Shown one piece after another: positions 7,748 through 14,890 of a stretch of 26,989 bases of DNA (positions are counted from its first letter, which is position 1; every line of letters starts with the position of its first letter). Made by a program: the position numbers and the translations under genes. The notes under the pieces are model-generated. The model ran no database searches. It saw nothing but the letters and a program-made list of their open reading frames with translations, and was not told the origin of the DNA. Source of the stretch: an uncultured Clostridia bacterium (GTDB taxonomy: Bacteria > Bacillota > Clostridia > Oscillospirales > Acutalibacteraceae); contig CAMJHU010000001.1 in assembly GCA_946405565.1 (NCBI GenBank), positions 1-26,989 on the forward strand, given 5' to 3'.

Positions 7748-8520
7748 TGACCTATGATACCATTCTTCGCGCGGCGATGGCACAGTCCGCCGTTGACCTG
7801 AACTGCGCGGCGGAGGATTTCGGATTGACCGAAAACCGAGCGGTGGTTTCCGCGCCGAATGACAAGGCGCGGAACTATCTGGAACTGCCTTTTTACTGTC
7901 AATTGGTTTCCTATGGCAGCAATGTCGTTGCTTCGGCAAGTGAGGAATTCCTGCCGTCTGTCCGGCAATACATAGACAAATACGGTGCGGTGCGCTGCTT
8001 TGAAACGCCGCAGATGCACGTTCTTAATGACGAACTGGAAAAACGAGGGTACCGTGTTTGTTTTATGGCGGAATACTTTCTGCCCGATCCCGCTGTCATG
8101 CGTCCGCTGACGTGTGCGTATGAATGCAGGGTACTGACGCCCGATGAATTTGCACCATACTATACGCCGTCATTTAGCAATGCGCTGTGTGAGCGCCGGA
8201 AGCAGTATGATGTGCTGGCGGTCGGCGCATATGACGGAGAAAAGCTCATCGGACTGGCGGGCGCGTCTGCCGATTGCGATACCATGTGGCAGATCGGGGT
8301 GGACGTGCTGCCGACATACCGTCGGCAGGGCGTTGGGTCCGCGATTACTTCCCGCCTTGCAGGTGAAATCATGGCGCGGGACAAGGTACCGTTTTACTGT
8401 GCGGCGTGGTCGAATGTGCGTTCTGTCCGCAACGCTGTCAAATGCGGTTTTCTTCCCGCGTGGGTGGAGATGACCGCGAAGTCCCGGTCGTTTGTGGACA
8501 AGATGAATGGCGTAATTTAA
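7744..8520 (+). CDS. GNAT-family acetyltransferase (C-terminal GNAT domain)
   Basis: QIGVDVLPTYRRQGVGSA (motif A) and WSNVRSVRNAVKCGF (motif B). ATGA overlap with recO. Confidence 0.88.
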   Translation: MMTYDTILRAAMAQSAVDLNCAAEDFGLTENRAVVSAPNDKARNYLELPFYCQLVSYGSNVVASASEEFLPSVRQYIDKYGAVRCFETPQMHVLNDELEKRGYRVCFMAEYFLPDPAVMRPLTCAYECRVLTPDEFAPYYTPSFSNALCERRKQYDVLAVGAYDGEKLIGLAGASADCDTMWQIGVDVLPTYRRQGVGSAITSRLAGEIMARDKVPFYCAAWSNVRSVRNAVKCGFLPAWVEMTAKSRSFVDKMNGVI

Positions 8521-8554
8521 TTATTATATATATATTGAGGAACATACGAAATCT

Positions 8555-10942
8555 ATGGATATGAATAAAGACAACAAAGTGCTGGAGCTTGACAAGGTGC
8601 TGGAGATGCTGGCGGCTAAATGTGCCTGCTCCGACGCCGCTGACGAAGCACGGCGCATTCAGCCCGAAACCGATTTAAACCGCGTGCAGGAGATGCTCAC
8701 GCAGACCGCGGACGCGTATATGCTGGCGGGGCGTTTCGGTACGCCCGGTTTCGGCGGCGCCGCCAATATCGCGGGAGCGCTGCGGCGGGCGCAGGCGGGA
8801 GCGGTGCTTTCGATGGGCGAATTGCTGCGCATCGCGTCGGTCATGCGTACCATCCGCACGCTGCGCGACTGGCGGGGACATTGTGAGGGCGTGACCACCT
8901 CACTGGACGGACTGTTTATGATGCTGAGTGCCGACCGCTCGCTGGAAGAAAAAATTTCGACCTGTATTGTCAGTCCGGAAGAGATGAGCGACCACGCTTC
9001 CGCGGAACTCAACGATATCCGCCGCAAAATCCGCAGCGCGCAGGCGCGTGTGCGGGAACAGCTGGAAAAGCTCATCCGCTCGGCAACCTATCAGAAATAC
9101 TTACAGGACGCGCTGGTGACACTGCGCGACGGAAGGTTCGTGGTGCCGGTCAAGGCGGAATTCCGCAGTCAGGTGGCAGGTCTGGTACACGACACTTCTT
9201 CCTCCGGCGCAACGGTGTTTATTGAACCGATGGCGGTAGTGGAAACCAATAACGATATCCGCCTCCTGCAAGGACGCGAGCAGGAGGAAATCGAACGGAT
9301 TCTGACGGCGCTTTCGGTCGAATGCGGCGAAAATGCGGACAGGCTGATCGGGAGCTATCATACCCTGATTGCGCTGGATCTGCTCTTTGCCAAGGCGAAC
9401 CTTGCCTATGATATGGACGCGTCGCTTCCGCGTATAGCAGCGGACGGCGTGATTGATCTTAAAAAAGCGCGTCACCCGCTGATTCATCGCAAGAAGGTCG
9501 TTCCTTCGGACATTCGTCTGGGAGAAGACTTTGATACATTGATGATTACCGGACCCAACACCGGCGGCAAGACCGTCACGCTCAAAACGCTGGGGCTGCT
9601 GACCGTCATGACCATGTGCGGACTGATGATTCCCGCCGGTGACAACAGCCGTGTGTCGGTTTTCGATACGATTCTCGCGGATATCGGGGACGAGCAGTCC
9701 ATCGAACAGTCGCTTTCCACTTTCTCGGCGCATATGACCAATATCATCCGCATTCTCGGTAAGGCGGGAGAGCGTTCTCTCGTGCTGCTCGACGAACTCG
9801 GCGCGGGTACCGATCCCATCGAAGGCGCGGCGCTGGCGGAATCCATTATCGAGCAGCTTCGCGGACAGGGGGCGCGCATTGCCGCGACCACCCATTATGC
9901 CGAACTCAAAAGCTACGCACTCACCACGCCGGGCGTGGAAAACGGAAGCTGCGAATTTGATGTGGAAACGCTGCGTCCCACCTATAAGCTGCTGATCGGT
10001 GTGCCGGGACGTTCCAATGCCTTTGCGATCTGTTCGCAGCTGGGAATGCCGGACGACGTTGTCAACCGGGCGCATACGCTGGTGTCCAGCGACAATACCC
10101 GCGTGGAGGATGTTGTGGCGGAGCTGGACACGACCCGTCAGGAGATGGAGCATAAGCTGGAAGAAGCCGAACGGCTCAAAGCCGAGGCGGAAGCCATCAA
10201 ACAGGAGATGAGACAGCGGGAAGAAGCGCTGGAAAAAGCCAAGCGCAGCGAGGTGGAAGCCGCACGGGTGGAAGCGTCCCGGATTGTGTCACAGGCGAGA
10301 GCCGAAGCGGACGACCTGCTCAAAGAGATCGACCGGCTGCGCAAGGATTACGAGTCCGCCAAAATATCCGCGCTCAACGGTGACGCAAAAGTGACCCTTC
10401 GCGCCAGACTGCGTCAGATGGAGGACGCGGTCAATCCGGTGGAGCAGCGTTCCAATGAAGGGTATGTACTGCCGCGGGAACTGAAAGTCGGCGATACGGT
10501 GGAGGTCTTCGGGCTGCACGAGAAAGGAACCGTCCTCAGCCTGCCGGATAAATCGGACAATGTCATGGTGCAGATGGGGATTATCAAGTCCCGTGTCAAG
10601 GTGGGAGAACTGCGATTGGTGGAAGAGAGCAAGGTGACAGTCAACGGTCAGCGGCAGCGCAAAAAGGCGGGAACCACCCATACGATTGACACCAAAAAGG
10701 TGCAGACCGAAGTGGATGTGCGCGGCTGCACCGTGGAGGAAGGCATTCTCGAAGTGGACCGCGTGATCGACCACGCGGTTGTGATGAAGCTGGGCGAGGT
10801 GCGCGTGATTCACGGCAAGGGAACGGGCGCACTCCGGGCAGGTTTGCACCAGCATTTCCGGAAGCATCCGAATATCAAATCCTTCCGGCTGGGCGTGTAC
10901 GGTGAAGGCGAAACCGGCGTGACCATTCTGGAACTGAAATAA
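8555..10942 (+). CDS. mutS2: Endonuclease MutS2 (RqcU-type ATPase with C-terminal Smr domain)
   Basis: Walker A TGPNTGGKT, DEQSIEQSLSTFS, Walker B LLDELGAGTDP, TTHY, a coiled coil, a KOW-like segment, and Smr motif VDVRG...IHGKGTGALR. Confidence 0.97.
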   Translation: MDMNKDNKVLELDKVLEMLAAKCACSDAADEARRIQPETDLNRVQEMLTQTADAYMLAGRFGTPGFGGAANIAGALRRAQAGAVLSMGELLRIASVMRTIRTLRDWRGHCEGVTTSLDGLFMMLSADRSLEEKISTCIVSPEEMSDHASAELNDIRRKIRSAQARVREQLEKLIRSATYQKYLQDALVTLRDGRFVVPVKAEFRSQVAGLVHDTSSSGATVFIEPMAVVETNNDIRLLQGREQEEIERILTALSVECGENADRLIGSYHTLIALDLLFAKANLAYDMDASLPRIAADGVIDLKKARHPLIHRKKVVPSDIRLGEDFDTLMITGPNTGGKTVTLKTLGLLTVMTMCGLMIPAGDNSRVSVFDTILADIGDEQSIEQSLSTFSAHMTNIIRILGKAGERSLVLLDELGAGTDPIEGAALAESIIEQLRGQGARIAATTHYAELKSYALTTPGVENGSCEFDVETLRPTYKLLIGVPGRSNAFAICSQLGMPDDVVNRAHTLVSSDNTRVEDVVAELDTTRQEMEHKLEEAERLKAEAEAIKQEMRQREEALEKAKRSEVEAARVEASRIVSQARAEADDLLKEIDRLRKDYESAKISALNGDAKVTLRARLRQMEDAVNPVEQRSNEGYVLPRELKVGDTVEVFGLHEKGTVLSLPDKSDNVMVQMGIIKSRVKVGELRLVEESKVTVNGQRQRKKAGTTHTIDTKKVQTEVDVRGCTVEEGILEVDRVIDHAVVMKLGEVRVIHGKGTGALRAGLHQHFRKHPNIKSFRLGVYGEGETGVTILELK

Positions 10943-10973
10943 AAAAAAATAAAAGTCGGAAGGGAGAATCCTC

Positions 10974-11483
10974 ATGTTTGAACATGCAGACCTGGATAGT
11001 TTGTGGGACGACAGCGATTATTCACTGGACAATTATGTGTCCGAACCGCCCACCGATCAGATGATCCGGGAAGCGCAGGTGGCGCTGGGCTATAAACTGT
11101 CCGTTTCCTACGTCTACTTGATGAAGCGGCATAACGGCGGGATTACACGGCGCACCTGCTGTCCCATTGACAACCGCTTTCCCGTGATGATCGAAGGAAT
11201 CTATGGCATCGGACGCAAGAAGCCATGTTCCCTGCTGGGCTTTTATTCTACTGCGTTCTGGGTGGATGAATGGGAGTATCCGGATATCGGTATCGCGATT
11301 GCCGATACCCCTTCGGCGGGACATGACATGATTTTTCTGGATTACCGGGAATGCGGACGTGACGGAGAACCGCGCGTCGTGGTAGTCGATCAGGAAGCCG
11401 ATTACGAGATCACCGTACTGGCGGATAATTTTGAGGAGTTTATTTCCAAGCTTCGGACAGATACGGAGCTTGGATTGAGCTGA
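10974..11483 (+). CDS. SMI1/KNR4 (SUKH)-family protein
   Basis: LGYKLSVSYVYLMKRHNGG, EWEYPDIGIAIADTPSAGHDMIFLDY and VLADNFEEFI are SUKH-type motifs. Confidence 0.88.
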   Translation: MFEHADLDSLWDDSDYSLDNYVSEPPTDQMIREAQVALGYKLSVSYVYLMKRHNGGITRRTCCPIDNRFPVMIEGIYGIGRKKPCSLLGFYSTAFWVDEWEYPDIGIAIADTPSAGHDMIFLDYRECGRDGEPRVVVVDQEADYEITVLADNFEEFISKLRTDTELGLS

Positions 11484-11520
11484 TATTTTTCAAAATTCAC
11501 AGCAAAGGAGATTTTGCAAC

Positions 11521-12513
11521 ATGGCAGATACCCAAAACGAAGCCATCCCGATGGGAGGCAGCACAGCAGACGGCACGTCCGTCACCACACAGGTGGCACC
11601 CCAGACAAGCGAAACCACCCCCGTTTACGCGGCGGGCGCCATCACCGAACCTGACGGTTCCGAACCGCCCCGCAAAAAGACCAATATTGCGGTGGTGCTG
11701 ATTCTGGGACTGTTCGGTTTGCTGGTGGTAGCAGCAATCCTTCTGGGCATTGTCTTTCTCTTTGCCACCACCGATACCATGCCGAAGGCGCCGGTGGTCA
11801 CGGGCGATATGCAGAGCGTGGTCAAGGAATCCGCAATTGAGATGATCAAGGACAAGAAGATTTCCTTCAATTCCAACGACGTCAACATCTTTCTCGGACA
11901 AGCCGCGGATAGTGCCAAGGACAAACTTGCCGAAGAAGATATCCAGATCAACGACCTTTTCGCGGTGATCAACAATGATAAAGCCACCCTGTACAGCCGT
12001 GTCAACTACAAGGGCATCACGCTTCCCATCAAGGCAACCGCGGATGTGAGTTTCGATGATCCTTACATTATTATTCATCTCCACAGTGCCTATGTGGGCA
12101 AGCTCAGCCTGCCCCAGCAGGAGATTCTCAAACATCTCGAAGGCGTTACCTCGGTGGAAAATGTCACCTTCCGTAATGGCATGATTTACTTTGACACCAC
12201 CAATTTCAACGATCAGATGACGGATCTTGCCCTGAGCGAATTGGGACTCAAGCCGGAGGATGTCGGAGCCGATACGGATAACGATACTGACTCCACGGAA
12301 GAAAACAAAGGCTTCTCCATCAAGAAGTGGTTCAGCAATCTGGTGGGCGGCGTCAAGAACACCGTCAAGAACTGGATGGCGCAGAAGGTCAGCAGCCTGA
12401 TTCATGACGTACATTTTGAGGATGTCAAGATTCTGGACGACCAGCTGGTGATTGACGTCACCTTCAACGAAGAGGCGCCCGCGGAGGAAACCACCACCGA
12501 CGCGGCGGCGTAA
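11521..12513 (+). CDS. Single-pass membrane protein with extracellular domain, possibly DUF2140/YpmS-like
   Basis: Low-complexity N-terminus, basic PRKK, TM helix (IAVVLILGLFGLLVVAAILLGIVFLFA), beta-rich domain with LHSAYVGKLSLP, acidic insert. RBS AAAGGAG. The CDS is solid; the family call is tentative. Confidence 0.7.
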   Translation: MADTQNEAIPMGGSTADGTSVTTQVAPQTSETTPVYAAGAITEPDGSEPPRKKTNIAVVLILGLFGLLVVAAILLGIVFLFATTDTMPKAPVVTGDMQSVVKESAIEMIKDKKISFNSNDVNIFLGQAADSAKDKLAEEDIQINDLFAVINNDKATLYSRVNYKGITLPIKATADVSFDDPYIIIHLHSAYVGKLSLPQQEILKHLEGVTSVENVTFRNGMIYFDTTNFNDQMTDLALSELGLKPEDVGADTDNDTDSTEENKGFSIKKWFSNLVGGVKNTVKNWMAQKVSSLIHDVHFEDVKILDDQLVIDVTFNEEAPAEETTTDAAA

Positions 12514-12550
12514 ATGGCTTGCAACCCCGGAGTTTATCACACATACCCCC

Positions 12551-12597
12551 AAGCGGAATCTCCTGCCCTTCAAAGGGTGCGGTGATTCCGCTTTTTT
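12551..12597 (+). terminator. Intrinsic terminator after the 11521..12513 gene
   Basis: AAGCGGAATC...GATTCCGCTT stem with an internal CCCT/AGGG helix, followed by a T-tract. Confidence 0.75.
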
Positions 12598-12646
12598 GCC
12601 GTTGTATGGGGACGGTTTCCGGTGACAGAAAAATTTTTCGGAAAAA

Positions 12647-12677
12647 TGTAGGGATTTGCGGATGACGTGCGTCTAAT
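12647..12677 (+). promoter_or_regulatory. Putative autoregulatory ECF promoter
   Basis: TGTAGG-N17-CGTCTAAT, 25 nt upstream of the ECF sigma start. CGTC is the SigM/SigV/SigX-type -10. The -35 differs from TGAAAC/TGTAAC. Confidence 0.5.
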
Positions 12678-12702
12678 GAAGTGAAAGGAGGAAACAGGCG
12701 AG

Positions 12703-13221
12703 ATGAGTGAAAAGACACAAACCGATTCGGAGAGAATCGAACATATGGTGACACAGTACGGCGACAGCCTGCTGCGGTTGTGCTGTATGTACACGGGTGA
12801 GCTGTCAAGCGCGGAGGATGCCTTGCAGGAGACGTTTCTCAACGCCTTCCGACATATCAAAAACTTCCGTGGGGACTGTTCGGAAAAGACGTGGCTCACA
12901 GGCATTGCGGTCAACGTTTGCCGTTCGTACCTGCGGCGCGAAAAGCAGCGTCTGGGACATTTGCAGCTGGTGTCCGGGGAAGACGAAACCGAGCAGATTC
13001 CCGACCGTGCCGCGGAGATTGTTTATGATGATACGGTGCTGCGCGAAATCCACGCGCTGAAACCCAAGTACCGCGAGGTGATTCTCATGTACTATTATCA
13101 GGAGATGACCGCCGGAGAGATTGCGCGGGCGCTGGGTCTGAGCGAATCGGCTGTGACCGTCCGGCTCACCCGCGCACGGCAGCAATTGAAGGTCAGATTA
13201 CAGGATTGGTATGACAATTAA
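12703..13221 (+). CDS. ECF (sigma-70 family, group 4) RNA polymerase sigma factor
   Basis: Region 2 AEDALQETFLNAF...TWLTGIAVNVCRSYLRR; region 4 REVILMYYYQEMTAGEIARALG. RBS AAAGGAGG. Confidence 0.95.
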   Translation: MSEKTQTDSERIEHMVTQYGDSLLRLCCMYTGELSSAEDALQETFLNAFRHIKNFRGDCSEKTWLTGIAVNVCRSYLRREKQRLGHLQLVSGEDETEQIPDRAAEIVYDDTVLREIHALKPKYREVILMYYYQEMTAGEIARALGLSESAVTVRLTRARQQLKVRLQDWYDN

Positions 13222-13237
13222 GGAGGAGTGGTGAAGG

Positions 13238-14674
13238 ATGCATACAGAAAAGCAAATCAATCTGAAAGAGCATATGGATACAAAAATGGAGGATATCCGG
13301 GTAAACGAGACAATGAAACAGAACATCATGGCGCAGATCGAATCGGAACAGAACCATGAAACGGTCCGGAAATCCGGCGGAAAATGGAACCGGAAGAAAC
13401 TCATTCTCATGGCGGCGGCGGCAGTGCTGATTGCGGCGTATCCCGTGACAGCGGGAGCGCAGGCGGCTTACCATGTGGTGTCCGGGTGGGTGACGGCAGC
13501 CGTGAGCGGCGAAGTGGCGCAGAATATTTATCCCGTGAATGATTCCGCGACCGATCAAGGCATTCAGGTGGAAGTGGAGAGCGCGGTCAATGACAATCAC
13601 AACGCGCTGGTCTTTATCACGGTGCAGGATACCGAGGGCAAGGGACGGCTGGGCGAAGACATCGACCTCTGCGACAGCTTCGACCTCGACATTGGCGGTG
13701 TGAAGGGACATGTCGTCGCCACGGCGGTGATGGATTCCTATGATCCCGTTACTCAGACCGCCCGCTTCTACACCTATCAGACCATTCACGGCGATATTGC
13801 CGACAAGCCTGTCACAGCGCACCTGACAGGTATCATGGCGCATAAGACCAAAATTCCCAACTGTGACACCGGCATAGACCTTGCCGCTATCGTACAGCAG
13901 CATCCCAAGGTCGGCGGCAGTGCCATCAAGGATATTAACGGTGTCGGTTATACCAACATAGAGGAACCCGCCAGACCCAAAAAGAGTGATGTTCTGACCC
14001 CCGATGTGATGGACGTGCCGCTGGGCAACGGGCTGGATTTTGTGCATATCAGCAACATCGGCTATATCGACGGGCGGCTGCACATTCAGACCCGCTGGGA
14101 CGCGAGCTTTGATAACCACGGCGACCTGAGGCTCTGCCGCAAGGATTACACCGGCGACTACACTGGCGACGCGTTCTGGGATTACGTCGCGCCGGTCAGC
14201 GGAATTGATACTGTGTATTTTGATACCGCCGAGGATATAGCCAACAACAGTTTTTACTCCCACACCAAGCATATCGAATATCTCTTTGACGTATCGCCGG
14301 AGGATTTGCGGAATTACAATCTGATTGCCACGGAAATGGTCAAAGACGGTATCCTGACAAAAGGCGACTGGCAGGTAAGCTTCCGGACGCAGCACACCGA
14401 ATCGCTCCTGCTGGACGGCGGTCGGCAGACCAAGAGCGTGGAAATTACGCCGCTGGGCGTGTATGTGGAGGGCTACACCGGCAAGGATACGCCCGTGGTT
14501 GTCATCACTTATGCCGACGGCTCCACCGAGACGGTGGACTGCTTCGGGATGACGTCTGTTTCCGGTATTTTTACCCGCCGTCGGAGCTGCTATGCCGAAA
14601 TCCTTCTGGATAAGTCGCCGAGTGAGATTGTCTGCGTGACGATAGACGGTGAGGAAATCCATAACCGTACCTGA
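13238..14674 (+). CDS. Putative membrane-bound anti-sigma factor (DUF4179-like)
   Basis: Directly follows the ECF gene. It has a helical cytoplasmic N-terminus, a TM helix (LILMAAAAVLIAAYPVTAGA), and DSATDQGIQVEVESAVND, typical of the start of DUF4179-associated beta domains. Confidence 0.75.
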   Translation: MHTEKQINLKEHMDTKMEDIRVNETMKQNIMAQIESEQNHETVRKSGGKWNRKKLILMAAAAVLIAAYPVTAGAQAAYHVVSGWVTAAVSGEVAQNIYPVNDSATDQGIQVEVESAVNDNHNALVFITVQDTEGKGRLGEDIDLCDSFDLDIGGVKGHVVATAVMDSYDPVTQTARFYTYQTIHGDIADKPVTAHLTGIMAHKTKIPNCDTGIDLAAIVQQHPKVGGSAIKDINGVGYTNIEEPARPKKSDVLTPDVMDVPLGNGLDFVHISNIGYIDGRLHIQTRWDASFDNHGDLRLCRKDYTGDYTGDAFWDYVAPVSGIDTVYFDTAEDIANNSFYSHTKHIEYLFDVSPEDLRNYNLIATEMVKDGILTKGDWQVSFRTQHTESLLLDGGRQTKSVEITPLGVYVEGYTGKDTPVVVITYADGSTETVDCFGMTSVSGIFTRRRSCYAEILLDKSPSEIVCVTIDGEEIHNRT

Positions 14675-14712
14675 GCTTTTTATCACCCATATTTTACCGC
14701 GAACCATACAAT

Positions 14713-14764
14713 GCCGCCGGTTCCACCGCTTCGCTGCTGCGAGACGATGGAACTGGCGTCTTTT
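14713..14764 (+). terminator. Intrinsic terminator after the ECF/anti-sigma operon
   Basis: GCCGGTTCCA...TGGAACTGGC stem (one G-U pair) with an inner TCGC/GCGA helix, followed by TTTT. Confidence 0.7.
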
Positions 14765-14820
14765 CTTTGACAAGAAAATGTGAAAAAATATGAATTCATC
14801 ATTTCGCCTGTCGAATTATA

Positions 14821-14849
14821 TTGACTTTTTCGCCGTTTTCCGGTACAAT
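14821..14849 (+). promoter_or_regulatory. Sigma-A promoter of the class I lysyl-tRNA synthetase gene
   Basis: TTGACT-N17-TACAAT. The leader to the start is only ~40 nt, too short for a T-box. Confidence 0.85.
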
Positions 14850-14890
14850 AGAGTGAAACACTTTTATAGGTAAATGGAGAGTTGCAAACC

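Noticed and set aside
8515-8540. AT-rich TATATATA stretch before mutS2 as an internal promoter or operator
   Set aside because: There is no properly spaced -35/-10 pair (TGGACA-N17-TAATTA is poor), and it cannot be distinguished from ordinary intergenic AT richness.
12551-14764. Two terminators with large structured loops (12551-12597, 14713-14764) as a shared repeat element or riboswitch
   Set aside because: They share no sequence, both follow stop codons and end in T-tracts, so ordinary termination explains them.
14767-14795. Second TTGACA promoter upstream of lysK
   Set aside because: The best -10 (TATGAA at N16) lacks the conserved final T. The promoter at 14821 is much better.
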